A stretch of 64,000 bases of DNA, from NCBI GenBank assembly GCA_963705295.1, contig OY970065.1:1632001-1696000 (forward strand). The letters are read 5' to 3'. Below are positions 50,937 through 61,751 of this stretch, piece after piece. Below the pieces are notes generated by a model that was not told the origin of the DNA, made no database searches, and saw only the letters and a program-made list of their open reading frames with translations. A program made the translations under genes and the position numbers. Positions within the stretch are counted from its first letter, which is position 1, and each line of letters begins with the position of its first letter. This stretch comes from Parachlamydiales bacterium. Lineage in GTDB: Bacteria > Chlamydiota > Chlamydiia > Chlamydiales > Rhabdochlamydiaceae.

Positions 50937-52229
50937 ATGGCTAATAATTTGATTGTAAGACCCCCAGAGTGGCCCTTGCCGGATGAAATCACTCTTGGCA
51001 TTCTTCAAAAACTACCACCTCAAGCCATCCTGTCTTTTCGAGTCGTATGCCGGTATTTTGCTCACCTGGCAACCGATTCTGATCTTTGGAGGTCTTTCTG
51101 TCAGAGAAAATTTGGGATTATACCCGCGTCTGACGATCCTGTTTTCTCTATCTATTTGAGGGCTTTCAAAAGAAAAAGGTCGATTGAACAGGGTGCATTT
51201 CAAACAGTCTTGGATGACAGGCCTGCGAAGAAAGCTGTAAGGCCTAAAACAGAGGCCCGTTCTTTGGATAATAATCACTTGATTTTAGACCGAGACAATA
51301 GGCCTCCGGTGATTGTGGGTGGCGACATTCAACCCATCGGTTATGACGGCAAGATAGAGAGAGTGGTAAAGATCTACGAGCTTAACGCCCACTTTTTCAT
51401 TTATGATGCGGGAGGTTCCGTCAAAATCAATCAAAGGAAAAAGAGTCCGGATGGGAGAGAATATTTTACGCATGTCTATACCTTCACCTGCCGTTTCAAA
51501 TCTTTTTCTAAAGCGGCCTGCTCCGATGATCGGGCTATATATGCTTCCCGTGAGGGAATTATTTATGCTATCCCTTACCGGATGGACGGTGCAGAAAATA
51601 TGGTTTTTGATCCTTCTGTGATTATACCAGGATCTTATGGCGTCATTAATAATCTGAAAACGGTCGATGATTATCTCTGTATTGATTCTGGCAATAGGCT
51701 TATCGTCCTAAAAAGGGGTGGGAATTTTGAGCGGGTTGCTACTTTTCCACCGGGAGAGTGGATGCATGCCTTTGGAAGATTCTATATTAGGGATCTACTG
51801 GATTGTTATACGTGCTGGATAAAAGAAAATGCAATCTTTCGACCCTTTCTTTCTTTGACAATGAGATTTGACCATGTGTCAACATCTCAAAACTATCTCA
51901 TCCATGAATCTTTCCTTGGAATTATTGTTATCCGAGATAAAACAATAGTTCATCTCCCCGTCATTCAAACTTTGCAATTTCTTCCAGGTGAAAATATTAT
52001 CCGCGCTATTTCCCTCTGCTGTAATTACCTCATTATAGCCATAGATAGAAATGGAAGAAGCTGTCTAAAATTCTTCATAAAAGATGGGGACAACCCTGGG
52101 TTTATCCCAGTGCCAGTCAAAATATTTTCTTTTAAAAATAGAATTAAATCTCTCCACATCCTTGGAAATCGCTTAGTTATTCTTTTCTATAATGGTGACC
52201 TTCAAGCCCTCGACTTTGAGGCTCAATAA
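50937..52229 (+). CDS. F-box protein with a beta-rich (propeller-like) C-terminal region, putative effector
   Basis: LPDEITLGILQKLPPQAILSFRVVCRYFAHLATDSDLWRSFC F-box consensus. Confidence 0.88.
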   Translation: MANNLIVRPPEWPLPDEITLGILQKLPPQAILSFRVVCRYFAHLATDSDLWRSFCQRKFGIIPASDDPVFSIYLRAFKRKRSIEQGAFQTVLDDRPAKKAVRPKTEARSLDNNHLILDRDNRPPVIVGGDIQPIGYDGKIERVVKIYELNAHFFIYDAGGSVKINQRKKSPDGREYFTHVYTFTCRFKSFSKAACSDDRAIYASREGIIYAIPYRMDGAENMVFDPSVIIPGSYGVINNLKTVDDYLCIDSGNRLIVLKRGGNFERVATFPPGEWMHAFGRFYIRDLLDCYTCWIKENAIFRPFLSLTMRFDHVSTSQNYLIHESFLGIIVIRDKTIVHLPVIQTLQFLPGENIIRAISLCCNYLIIAIDRNGRSCLKFFIKDGDNPGFIPVPVKIFSFKNRIKSLHILGNRLVILFYNGDLQALDFEAQ

Positions 52230-53446
52230 ATCGTTCGGATGGCGATCGTTTTGACATTACCTAGAAGGGTGGTTTCTTCGACGGTGAGTTCGAATTGATC
52301 GATGCGGACTGATTCTCCTGTAGAGGGAGGATGGCCGAGAAGTTTGGTGACGAGATCTTCTAAGGTCTCGGCATCTTTACCGTCGAGATGAACATGGTAT
52401 GCCAAGTTGAAATCGGTGATTTTGGTATCTCCGGGAAACGACCTATCGACGACAACGCGGTGGGCTCTTGGGATGATTTCTTCAAATGACATCCAGTTAT
52501 CGGAGAGGCCAAAGATTTCATCGATGATTTCGTCCAGGGTCAAGATCCCTCGTGCAAGACCGGCTTCATTGAGAACAATTGCCAAGCTCTGGTTATTTCT
52601 TCGAAATTGTCTCAAAATCGACATGATCGAATCTTTCTCGGTGATAAACCAAGGAGCCCGTGCATAGTCGCGGACTTTCTTATTGTCGGGAATTCGGAGA
52701 AAATCGCGGGGATAGGCTACGGCAATGATATTTTCAGGATTTTTATGAAAAATAGGGACAAACGGATGGTAATGAGATTTGAGCAGGGTTCTCATTTCAG
52801 TCAGAGTACAAAAAGAAGGGATCGATTGGATGTTTTTTAACGGTTGCATGAGATCCTTTGCTGTCATATGACGGATAGCAAAAATTTGCGATGCAATCGT
52901 GTTAAACTCTTCTTCATCTTTTTCTTCGAGAATTTTTTGGAGCTCCTCGCGACTGACATAGAGTCCAGCAGATTCTGCACTCCCCAGAAGCTTATGCACG
53001 ATTCTACAAAGGCCATCCAAAAGCCAGATGATAGGGCTTAAGATAAACGACATGATATAGAGAATAGGAACTCCGATCATGGCAGCATGTTCCGCATACC
53101 GTCTCCCCGCAAAAAGGGGTGAAATCTCGGCAAAAATAAGGACGATAAAGACCTGTGTAAAGGGGGCGATATCAGGGCTCATTCCGAGCGCATCATAAAA
53201 ACGGCGGGCCGCTTCTGACCCCACTTGAAGGGCGGCATTGATACAAATGAGTGCCGTACCAAAAAGGCGCCCTGGATGTTGCAGAAGGTCGCTCAGCCAA
53301 ATGGCCCTACGGTTGTTTTTACTCACATAGTATTGGAGCCGAATTTTATTGAACGAGACACACGCCATCTCGACCATAGCAAAGAATCCCTGAATCACAA
53401 GGCAAACAAGAATGATAACAAGAAAAAATTTCCAGTTATGCGTCAT
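52223..53446 (-). CDS. CNNM/HlyC-CorC (DUF21-CBS-CorC) family protein
   Basis: QGFFAMVEMACVS, LIFAEISP, CBS pair, GILTLDEII.EIFG. Confidence 0.9.
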   Translation of the reverse strand: MTHNWKFFLVIILVCLVIQGFFAMVEMACVSFNKIRLQYYVSKNNRRAIWLSDLLQHPGRLFGTALICINAALQVGSEAARRFYDALGMSPDIAPFTQVFIVLIFAEISPLFAGRRYAEHAAMIGVPILYIMSFILSPIIWLLDGLCRIVHKLLGSAESAGLYVSREELQKILEEKDEEEFNTIASQIFAIRHMTAKDLMQPLKNIQSIPSFCTLTEMRTLLKSHYHPFVPIFHKNPENIIAVAYPRDFLRIPDNKKVRDYARAPWFITEKDSIMSILRQFRRNNQSLAIVLNEAGLARGILTLDEIIDEIFGLSDNWMSFEEIIPRAHRVVVDRSFPGDTKITDFNLAYHVHLDGKDAETLEDLVTKLLGHPPSTGESVRIDQFELTVEETTLLGNVKTIAIRTIY

Positions 53447-54681
53447 TTTTTCCTCAGACGGCGGATATAAACGCGGCGGACGCGGGTCGGTTCTGCTGCC
53501 AAAACATGGAAGAGAAAATCATCGGTCGTATATTTGCTTCCACTTTTGGGAATATCTCCCATTTTTTCTGTTAAATAACCTCCGATCGTGACCATGTGAT
53601 TCTCTGTTTGAAACGGGATATCAAAGATTCTTTCGAGCTCTGATAGCTCCATTTTTCCATTGGCAATGATCACATCTTCGCCCGACAGCGTGTAGAGGTT
53701 TTTTTCATCGCGCCGATCGACGATTTCTCCGATCACGGTCTCGACTAGATCTTCAAGCGCAACAATCCCCGATACAGAGCCGTATTCATCGACAACAATA
53801 GCAAACGAATCTTGCCTATCATAAAATTGCCTCAGCAATGTTTTTGCTGGCACAGTCTCGGGGACAAAAAACGGTTTTTCCAAAATACCTTTTAAATCTT
53901 CACTCGTTTGAATCTTATCCCGATGAAGAAAGTACAAACGACTAGTGATCACACCTAAAATTTGATCGAGCCCTTTATCGCAGACAGGGATCCGAGAACA
54001 CTCTTGATCGACAAATAGATGGATCAACCTTGAAAGGGGCTCGTCGAGGTCGAAATAGAGAACTTCTTCCCGAGGACGCATCCGCTCTTTCACGGTCGAT
54101 TCTTGTAGGGCAAGATATCCCCTGACAAGTTCTGCTTCATCTTCGTTTAAAATCCCAATTTTACGGGATGTTCGGAGGGTATGTTGAAGCTCATCGATTG
54201 AAATATCTTGTTCTTTTCGCAAAAAGAAAAATAAGACCCGCGAAATATAGTTCGTCGAAGTGACCAACATTTTCCTCAGCGGCATCAACATTTTTTGGAG
54301 AAACTGCAGAACAGGAGACATCCGGTAAGCGATTTTTTCATTATGAACAAGGCCGATCGATTTCGGAATCACTTCACCTAGAACAAGTGTCAAACCCAAA
54401 GGAACAAGCACATTGATAAGACCATTGGTGGCCTCCCCAAAAAGAGAGGATGTGACGTTCTGAATGATGATATTGACCGCCACATTGAGCATGATGATGG
54501 TGACCAGCAAATCTCGAGGCGATGCAAGGAGTTGCGCAATGAGTTGCTTGCGCGGATCTTTGTTCTGCTTATACGTCTTGACTTTCAGTGATGACAGGGA
54601 AAAAAGCGCTGTTTCCGATGCTGAAAAAAGCCCCGAAAAAAACAGAAGGACTGCAAGAACAAGTATTAAAGAAATCATCAA
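53443..54681 (-). CDS. CNNM/HlyC-CorC (hemolysin-like) family protein
   Basis: SGLFSASETALFSL, LGEVIPKS, SRIPV, IVVDEYGSVSGIVALEDLVE. Confidence 0.93.
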   Translation of the reverse strand: MMISLILVLAVLLFFSGLFSASETALFSLSSLKVKTYKQNKDPRKQLIAQLLASPRDLLVTIIMLNVAVNIIIQNVTSSLFGEATNGLINVLVPLGLTLVLGEVIPKSIGLVHNEKIAYRMSPVLQFLQKMLMPLRKMLVTSTNYISRVLFFFLRKEQDISIDELQHTLRTSRKIGILNEDEAELVRGYLALQESTVKERMRPREEVLYFDLDEPLSRLIHLFVDQECSRIPVCDKGLDQILGVITSRLYFLHRDKIQTSEDLKGILEKPFFVPETVPAKTLLRQFYDRQDSFAIVVDEYGSVSGIVALEDLVETVIGEIVDRRDEKNLYTLSGEDVIIANGKMELSELERIFDIPFQTENHMVTIGGYLTEKMGDIPKSGSKYTTDDFLFHVLAAEPTRVRRVYIRRLRKK

Positions 54682-54953
54682 TTTTGAAAATAAACTTTCA
54701 CCTGGCCTTCAGGTACGACACCAAGGTTACGCTTTAAGACCATTTCTACCCAAGCAGGATCTGATTGGCTTTGCAATTGAAGGAGAAGTTCCTCGCGCGT
54801 TGCCAGAGCGATATTTTTTTCATTTTCGAGACTTTTAAGTTGAAGAGCGGCTTCGTTGTACACTTTGTTTTTGGTTTGAGAAGCTTGAAAATAAAAAAGC
54901 AAGCATACCAGTCCAAAAACAACCACCCACCAGGAACTTCCTTTTTTTGCCAT
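54678..54953 (-). CDS. Small bitopic coiled-coil protein (FtsB/DivIC-like, CT038-like)
   Basis: N-terminal TM, coiled coil, DPAWVEMVLKRNLGVVPEGQ. Confidence 0.7.
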   Translation of the reverse strand: MAKKGSSWWVVVFGLVCLLFYFQASQTKNKVYNEAALQLKSLENEKNIALATREELLLQLQSQSDPAWVEMVLKRNLGVVPEGQVKVYFQN

Positions 54954-55044
54954 CTTAAGCTCGATTGTATGGAGAGCCGTTTTTTTTGCGATGAATTTTT
55001 TTGCTTCGAGATGTTAAAGATTTAAATCATTAAGAGCAAGAAGC

Positions 55045-55611
55045 TTACGCGATAGGTAGCGTAATTTCACTTTGCCGCATGTATTTTCCAGCACGGTCTG
55101 CATAAGAGATTTCACACACATCGGAGGCTTGATAGAAGAGAACTTGAGCCAGTCCTTCATTGGCATAAATTTTGGCAGGTAGTGGGGTCGTATTGGAAAT
55201 TTCCAATGTGACTTTCCCTTCCCATTCCGGCTCAAAGGGGGTCACATTGACAATGATTCCGCACCTGGCATAGGTCGATTTTCCAACACAGATCGTGAGA
55301 ACATCGCGAGGAATTCTAAAATATTCAATGCTCGTTGCGAGTGCAAAAGAATTCGGAGGAATGATGCACGAATCTCCTTCGATGTGGACAAACGCATCAT
55401 CGCGGAAATGTTTCGGATCGATCAAAGAGTTGTGGATATTGGTGAACACTTTGAACTTCCTATCGACACGGAGATCGTATCCATAGCTCGAAAGGCCGTA
55501 GCTAATCACTTTTTGCCCTTCGCAAGTCCGGACTTGCACATCGACAAAAGGCTCGATCATCGCATGCTTCCTAGCCATCTCCCGAATCCATCTATCCGAC
55601 TTGATACTCAT
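55045..55611 (-). CDS. dcd: dCTP deaminase
   Basis: [42 protein letters not shown]. Confidence 0.97.
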   Translation of the reverse strand: MSIKSDRWIREMARKHAMIEPFVDVQVRTCEGQKVISYGLSSYGYDLRVDRKFKVFTNIHNSLIDPKHFRDDAFVHIEGDSCIIPPNSFALATSIEYFRIPRDVLTICVGKSTYARCGIIVNVTPFEPEWEGKVTLEISNTTPLPAKIYANEGLAQVLFYQASDVCEISYADRAGKYMRQSEITLPIA

Positions 55612-55673
55612 AGTGTCCTTGTTTATTTAAAAGGTATAGCTCGCCAAATCGTTTTTTGCTACAGTTTTGTAAA

Positions 55674-56714
55674 ATGTCGGACGATAAATTTGTTGAGTCT
55701 TCGCTAAAAACTACCAAAATCGATGAAAAAATTGAAAAGTCGCTTCGACCTCTTTCTCTGAATGAATTTGTCGGTCAAGAAGCCGTGCGAGAGAGGCTCG
55801 ATGTTTTACTACTTGCGGCGCAGCAAAGAAAAGAGTCTTTGGGCCACTGCCTTTTCCATGGCCCGCCAGGTGTTGGAAAAACGACCCTGGCCCATGTGAT
55901 TGCTAAAACCATGGGCTCGCAGCTCACCGTTACATCAGGTCCTGTCATCGAAAAAGCGGGCGATCTTGCCGGACTTCTCACCAATCTAAAACCGGGCGAT
56001 ATTTTATTTATTGATGAGATCCATCGCCTTTCGAAAAACGTCGAAGAATACCTCTACCCTGCCATGGAAGACTTTGCTTTAGATCTGCTCATCGATAGCG
56101 GTCCTTCTGCCCGGTCAGTCCAAGTGAAACTCAATCATTTCACCCTTGTTGGAGCGACAACCCGAATGGGCCTGCTCAGCAGTCCACTCCGCTCACGGTT
56201 TGCCTATACCCTTCGCCTCGATCATTATTCCGAAGAAGAGCTCATCAAAATCTTAAACCGGTCGGCAACCATTTTGCAAATCCAATTACATCCACTCGCT
56301 GCCCGTGAAATTGCGATGCGCGCCCGTGGAACTCCCCGCATTGCCAATAACCTCCTTCGGTGGGTGCGCGATTACTCTCAAATCCGCAACGAGACCACCA
56401 TCCATCAAAAAACCGCTGCCGACGCTTTGGCCATGCTCTCGATCGACCACCGGGGACTCGATGAGATGGATAAAAAGATTTTAAGCGTGATCATCGATCA
56501 ACATGGCGGTGGACCCGTTGGAGTCAGCACACTTGCCGTCGCCATTGGTGAAGAATCGCATACCGTTGAAGAAGTCTACGAACCTTACCTCATCATGCAA
56601 GGCTTGATCAAACGGACACCTCGCGGACGAGAAGCGACACCGCTCGCTTATACCCATTTAGGAAAAAAACTCCCCAAAACCTTTTTAGGAGATCTATATG
56701 AAACGCATGACTAA
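55674..56714 (+). CDS. ruvB: Holliday junction branch migration helicase RuvB
   Basis: [45 protein letters not shown]. Confidence 0.98.
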   Translation: MSDDKFVESSLKTTKIDEKIEKSLRPLSLNEFVGQEAVRERLDVLLLAAQQRKESLGHCLFHGPPGVGKTTLAHVIAKTMGSQLTVTSGPVIEKAGDLAGLLTNLKPGDILFIDEIHRLSKNVEEYLYPAMEDFALDLLIDSGPSARSVQVKLNHFTLVGATTRMGLLSSPLRSRFAYTLRLDHYSEEELIKILNRSATILQIQLHPLAAREIAMRARGTPRIANNLLRWVRDYSQIRNETTIHQKTAADALAMLSIDHRGLDEMDKKILSVIIDQHGGGPVGVSTLAVAIGEESHTVEEVYEPYLIMQGLIKRTPRGREATPLAYTHLGKKLPKTFLGDLYETHD

Positions 56715-57831
56715 TTTATTTTGGCTGTTTTTGCTGATCACAATTTCTGGCACAGCCAACCCCCAAGACACCGATTTTTCACAAAAATCGAAACCGGTGA
56801 CCCTCAAAGTTCTGATTCAAAAACAACAGCCTGAAGTCGTTCTAGAAGTCAAAGGACGGCACTACATTTACAACCCTCTAGACGGCACCCAAATCTCTTG
56901 GGGAATCATGGGAAAACGGCACACCGTGATATCCGATACGTATGGGATTCAGTGGGGCGAGAAATTCCCTTTTCATCAGCTCCGTTTTGTTCCAGGCGAT
57001 TCCCAAAGCACCATTCTTGTTAACGGCATACAATACCGTGGATGCATTGAAATCTACCACACCGATGGAAAATTCAATGTGATCAATGAAATCGATGTCG
57101 AACACTATCTCAAAACCACCCTCTCTGCAAGTTTCCCAAAACCTCTTAACGAAGAGGTGATGAATGCGATCACCATTGTAGCCCGTACCAATGCGTATTT
57201 TATGGCCCAGCGTAATAAACAAGCGTTTTGGCATGTCACGGCCGGGGAAGTGAATTATTCAGGAGCTGCCATTCTTCCAGAAAAACATATCGAAAAAGCT
57301 GTCGACACAACACGGCAAGCGATTTTGACATTCCATGAAACCTCCTTCCCAGCGGCCTGGACTCAAAATAGCGGAGGAAAAACAGCCGATTTTGCCGCTG
57401 TCTTTCGTAAAGCCCTCACAACACCGACCGGTGTCACCGCACCGCTGGCCGCAAAAGATCGAGAAAAAACCAAATGGACCTGCTCTTTTTCCAAAGCCGT
57501 TCTCTCCAAAATGGTCGATCTCAGTCGGATCACCGGCATCGATCTCTATCTCACCCCCGATTCTGAAAAAGTTTATGCCATCAAAATAACCGGTGAATGC
57601 CAAGTGAAAGATTTCGATTTCACAACGTTCCAAAAAATCATTGGACCCGATCTCCGTAGCAACGACTTCGTTGTCCAAATTAAAGGAGATGATCTTCTCT
57701 TTTCCGGTTATGGTGAAGGACCCGGTGTCGGCCTCTGTCTTTACAGCGCCCACATCATGGCAGAAAAAGGTGAAAAAGCCCCCCAAATCCTCCAGGCTTT
57801 CTTCCCCCAAACCAAACTCGAAAAACTTTAA
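56698..57831 (+). CDS. SpoIID/LytB domain protein (CT041-like)
   Basis: Signal peptide, YRG...[37 protein letters not shown]. Confidence 0.85.
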   Translation: MKRMTNLFWLFLLITISGTANPQDTDFSQKSKPVTLKVLIQKQQPEVVLEVKGRHYIYNPLDGTQISWGIMGKRHTVISDTYGIQWGEKFPFHQLRFVPGDSQSTILVNGIQYRGCIEIYHTDGKFNVINEIDVEHYLKTTLSASFPKPLNEEVMNAITIVARTNAYFMAQRNKQAFWHVTAGEVNYSGAAILPEKHIEKAVDTTRQAILTFHETSFPAAWTQNSGGKTADFAAVFRKALTTPTGVTAPLAAKDREKTKWTCSFSKAVLSKMVDLSRITGIDLYLTPDSEKVYAIKITGECQVKDFDFTTFQKIIGPDLRSNDFVVQIKGDDLLFSGYGEGPGVGLCLYSAHIMAEKGEKAPQILQAFFPQTKLEKL

Positions 57832-57836
57832 GAATA

Positions 57837-57875
57837 AGGAGAAACCACAGAGCCACAGAGAAAGTGGTTTCTCCT
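57837..57875. terminator. Hairpin between convergent genes, short member of the AGGAGAAACCACAGAG palindrome family
   Basis: AGGAGAAACCAC (57837-57848) / GTGGTTTCTCCT (57864-57875) form a perfect 12-bp stem. Confidence 0.6.
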
Positions 57876-57881
57876 ATCTTT

Positions 57882-60800
57882 TCAAGAGAGCAAGGAAGCT
57901 CGGGCTTCTGGGTTTTGAGGGTCGATTTCTAAGGCTTTTTTGAAGTGTTTTTCTGCTTCGGAAGGCAGGCCCTGTTTTTTTGCTAAGCGGCCCAAGCGGA
58001 GTTGGAGGGCCAGTTTTATGTGACTGTCGCTTGGATCCACATGCTGCCACGCTTTCAGATATGATTGCTTAGCTTCGCTTGGACGGGAGTCGAAAATCGC
58101 ATTTCCGAGCCCAAAACATGCATAAACATTTTTGGGGTCGAGTCCAAGGGCTTTTCTAAAATTCTCCTCCGATTCTTGGAGGCGGTTCTGCTCCAATTTG
58201 AGTTCACCGAGTCCAATAAAAGGCTGAGGACTTGTTAAATCCAATGTTATCGCATGACGATAATGTTCTTCTGACTGTTTTAATTCCCTCCTTGCGAAAT
58301 AAATTTTGCCGAGCGATAGCCAAACCAGTGGATGTGTATCATCGATTCCTTTAGCCTTCTCAATAATCTTTTCGGCATCCAAATATTTCCCCTGGAAAAC
58401 AGCCACTTGACCCAGACCCAAAAGGGCGTTGAAATTCTGCTTATCAAATTCTAATATGGTTCGTAAATAAATTTCAGCCTGAGCGAGATTTTTTTCCCTG
58501 AGACAAATCTCACCCAACCCATTCAAAGCTTCGGTATTTTTACGATCGAGTTCGAGAACTCGCAAAAAATAAGTACGCGCTCTTTTGATGTCGTATTGTA
58601 AGACAACATGTCCCAATTTTAATAATCCCTCAAGATGATGCGGATCGAGCTCAACGGCTTTTGAGAGGTAGAGCTCGGCATTTTCCAGAAGTCCTTGCCT
58701 GATAAAAATTTCGCCCAGTCCGACACGAGCTCGGACACAATTACGATGGATTGCTATAGCTTCTGAGTATCTCTTCGCTGCCTCCGCATATTGACTCCGT
58801 GATCCAGCCACATTTCCCAGGCCGCAGAGAGCTTCAAAATCATTCGGATCACACCTCAGTGCTTGTCGATAATATTGCTCTGCTTTCTCAAGATTTCCTC
58901 CTCGAAGTTCGACCTCTCCAAGTCCCGTATAAGCTAAAGAATACTCTTCATTTAAACGACGAACTTTTTCAAAGATCCCTCGCACTTCTATAAGAGGTTT
59001 TCCTTGCCGCAGTGCTAATTCTCCGAATTGTGCCCACACGCTAGGGTTTTGTGTATCGCAGAGAAAAGCCGTCTTTAACCTCTCTTCCACTTTTGCCCAA
59101 TCTCCCTCTAAACGAGCTGCACGAGCAAGTCCCAAATGCGCCATGGTATTCTTTTCACTCAGTTCGAGCACTCTATTAAAACAGACTTCTGCTTCCCTTC
59201 TAGATCCACGAGAAAGTTCGTTCTCCCCAAGGTTATGTAAAATGGAGAGCCTCTGTCCTAGATTTTCAGGAAGTGTCCGCCGCAAACCATCTTCAAGATA
59301 TTCTCTAGCTTTTGTGTGGTTTCCAGTCACCATCGCACATTTTCCCAGCCCAATTTGAACACGCCCATCTTCACTTTTAATTTTTTTATAAATTTTTTCC
59401 GCTTCCTCGAATTTTCTTTGTTGGAAAAGAATATTACCGAGAGCGAGTAAAACATCCGCGTCATTCGGCTCTAATTTTGCCGCTTTTTTGAAACATTGGT
59501 AGGCTTGATCGAGTTTATGCTCATCGATAAACTTATACCCCTGCCTCAGCAAATCCTTGGCCTTAGTTGAAATGTCTAAGAAAGCTTCGGGACGGACACG
59601 AATAACAACCTTGGGAGTGGCTTGGCCACCTTTCGAGCGGAGACAATCTGCTATATCGGTCTTATTAAGATCGATCGCAAGATCGAGAGGAGTCTGCCCT
59701 TTTTTATTTTTTTTATTGATTTCAGTTCTTGAATCTGAGCACAGAAGTCGAACGATTTCGATGTTCCCTTTTAAGACAGCAAGATGAAGAGATGTCGATT
59801 CAGCGGGTTCACAAACTGCATTTGGATCTGCACCAGCACCTAATAAAAGTTTTGCTACATCGACTTTATTTTCCTGAGCCGCCCAGTGAAGAGGGGTCCT
59901 CTGAGACGAATCTCTTGCATCCACTTTAGTCCGTTTATCTTCCAAGAGTCTTTCTAAAAAAGGCTTTTGACTACATGTTCTATGTAAAAGTGAAGATTTC
60001 TCAACACCTTGCACCGTATTTGGATCTGCTCCTTTATCGAGAAAATAAGAAAAAATCCCTAAATTTCCAGTTAGGGACAGTGGCGTAGCTCCAGTCAAGT
60101 CAGGTTTGTCGCAGCTGCTTCCTGCTTCGACCAATCTCCGTATAACCTGTAAATGATTATTCCCAACCGCAGTATGTAAAGCGGTATCATGAAAAGGGCC
60201 ATTTTCCGCATCAACTTTAGCTCCTGCTTGCAGTAAAATCTGGGTAACCTCCAAACTTCCTCGCATGGAAGCATAATAAAGAGATGTTGTCATCGTATTT
60301 TCTTCATCGAATTTCCATTTTTTCTCCGCACACAATTTCCGCATTTGTTCCAGACTCTGCCCTGGACCCAAAAAAAAGGTGATCGGTCTTCTACACTGGC
60401 TATTGACGTCTATTCCTGGAATTTCGAGTAGCCGTTTGAGCATATTGGCCCTTCCATTTTCTGCAAAAAGGTGGACCAGGTTCGCGTCATTAGGATTGCA
60501 AAGAACAAACGGATTGGCTCCCCTTTCAAGAAGAAACTCGAAAGACTTTTGTCTTCCATTTAAGGCAGCAAGACTGAGCGGTGTATGGTTACCCGGCGTT
60601 TTAGCTTCGATATTGACACCTGGAGTTTCAATTAGAACCTTGAGGATATCCAGATGATCCCTAAGAACGGCGATATGTGCCGGAGTCAGACCTTCATTCG
60701 TGGTTGCATGGATACTCGCGCCTTCTTCTAAAAGAAGTGTAACAGAGCTCAATTGACCTGCAAAAATGGCGTGGGCCAGAGGCGTATTTCCATTCGTGGA

Positions 60801-61499
60801 GCGAACATCATCCACTCCCCTATGAGCCGCCTTTGCGATCAGTCGACGGAGAACATTAACATCTCCCCAGGCAGCCGCTATATGAAGAGCCGTTAATCCT
60901 TCGGGTCCATTTTGTTGATAGACATCGATAGTTCCACTCTCTAGGAGGGCAGAAACAGCTCCCGAGTGTCTCCCTGCCAAGGCGTAATAGAGAGGAGAGC
61001 ATTGATCGCTTGCAAGCAGATGAACATCGATATCAGGAAGTCCTTTCCTGCAGCGCGAATGGCAGAGCAGATAAACAATTTCGGCATGTCCATGGAAAGC
61101 AGCTCCATGCAGAGCGGTTGAACCATTCGAATTTTTTTCATTCACATCGGCATCGCTGCGCAGCAAAGCTTCAACAAGCTTTTCTTGCCCAGATAAAGAG
61201 GCATGAAAAAGAATCGTGTCACCTTGTTTATCTTTCAGATTGACCAATTTCTTCAGCTCGGCTGGTCTCACCTGCAATTGATTCAGAAAAGAAACAATGA
61301 TCTCAGGAGAACAATTATTTTTAACCATGTAGTGCAAATATGAGTCTCCCCCGTCAGTGATAACGAGTGGATCGGCTCCTTGTCTCAGCAACCTTTCCAT
61401 CCTCCCCTCATCCCCTTTCAGCAGGGCTTGATGCAAATCGGTCAACCCCCCCACCCTTCTCTGATTAACACCATTAAAACCATTAATTCTCATTGTCAT
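57882..61499 (-). CDS. Large ankyrin-repeat plus TPR-repeat protein (putative effector)
   Basis: Many ANK repeats (GSTALHGAA, GLTALHIAA, RTPLHWAA) in the N-terminal ~620 aa, followed by tandem TPRs (AYTGLGEV..., ALCGLGNV...). Confidence 0.93.
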   Translation of the reverse strand: MTMRINGFNGVNQRRVGGLTDLHQALLKGDEGRMERLLRQGADPLVITDGGDSYLHYMVKNNCSPEIIVSFLNQLQVRPAELKKLVNLKDKQGDTILFHASLSGQEKLVEALLRSDADVNEKNSNGSTALHGAAFHGHAEIVYLLCHSRCRKGLPDIDVHLLASDQCSPLYYALAGRHSGAVSALLESGTIDVYQQNGPEGLTALHIAAAWGDVNVLRRLIAKAAHRGVDDVRSTNGNTPLAHAIFAGQLSSVTLLLEEGASIHATTNEGLTPAHIAVLRDHLDILKVLIETPGVNIEAKTPGNHTPLSLAALNGRQKSFEFLLERGANPFVLCNPNDANLVHLFAENGRANMLKRLLEIPGIDVNSQCRRPITFFLGPGQSLEQMRKLCAEKKWKFDEENTMTTSLYYASMRGSLEVTQILLQAGAKVDAENGPFHDTALHTAVGNNHLQVIRRLVEAGSSCDKPDLTGATPLSLTGNLGIFSYFLDKGADPNTVQGVEKSSLLHRTCSQKPFLERLLEDKRTKVDARDSSQRTPLHWAAQENKVDVAKLLLGAGADPNAVCEPAESTSLHLAVLKGNIEIVRLLCSDSRTEINKKNKKGQTPLDLAIDLNKTDIADCLRSKGGQATPKVVIRVRPEAFLDISTKAKDLLRQGYKFIDEHKLDQAYQCFKKAAKLEPNDADVLLALGNILFQQRKFEEAEKIYKKIKSEDGRVQIGLGKCAMVTGNHTKAREYLEDGLRRTLPENLGQRLSILHNLGENELSRGSRREAEVCFNRVLELSEKNTMAHLGLARAARLEGDWAKVEERLKTAFLCDTQNPSVWAQFGELALRQGKPLIEVRGIFEKVRRLNEEYSLAYTGLGEVELRGGNLEKAEQYYRQALRCDPNDFEALCGLGNVAGSRSQYAEAAKRYSEAIAIHRNCVRARVGLGEIFIRQGLLENAELYLSKAVELDPHHLEGLLKLGHVVLQYDIKRARTYFLRVLELDRKNTEALNGLGEICLREKNLAQAEIYLRTILEFDKQNFNALLGLGQVAVFQGKYLDAEKIIEKAKGIDDTHPLVWLSLGKIYFARRELKQSEEHYRHAITLDLTSPQPFIGLGELKLEQNRLQESEENFRKALGLDPKNVYACFGLGNAIFDSRPSEAKQSYLKAWQHVDPSDSHIKLALQLRLGRLAKKQGLPSEAEKHFKKALEIDPQNPEARASLLS

Positions 61500-61567
61500 A
61501 TCGATCTATTTTATTACATTTTTTAATAAAAATAAATTACAATTAAGACTTTAAATTAGAAAGGATT

Positions 61568-61745
61568 AGGAGAAACCACAGAGAGAGAGGGAAGAGTTAG
61601 GAGGAGAATAGGATTTTCAACCACCGAGATCACCGAGGATACCGAGGCGGCTTCGCCGCAAAGAAAAAAGAATTTCTGCATTTTCTCGGTGCTCTCGGTG
61701 TGCTCGGTGGTTGAAATCTTCTCCTCTCTCCCTCTGTGGTTTCTC
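61568..61745. repeat. Nested palindromic repeat element
   Basis: Outer stem GAGAAACCACAGAG / CTCTGTGGTTTCTC; inner stem TTTCAACCACCGAG plus 9-bp-periodic ACCGAG units paired with CTCGGT units; small hairpin GCGGC-TTC-GCCGC. Confidence 0.8.
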
Positions 61746-61751
61746 TTATTA

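Noticed and set aside
61617..61716. Periodic ACCGAG/CTCGGT repeats as a possible CRISPR array
   Set aside because: Units are 9 bp and inverted, with no spacers of 25-45 bp and no cas genes in the window.
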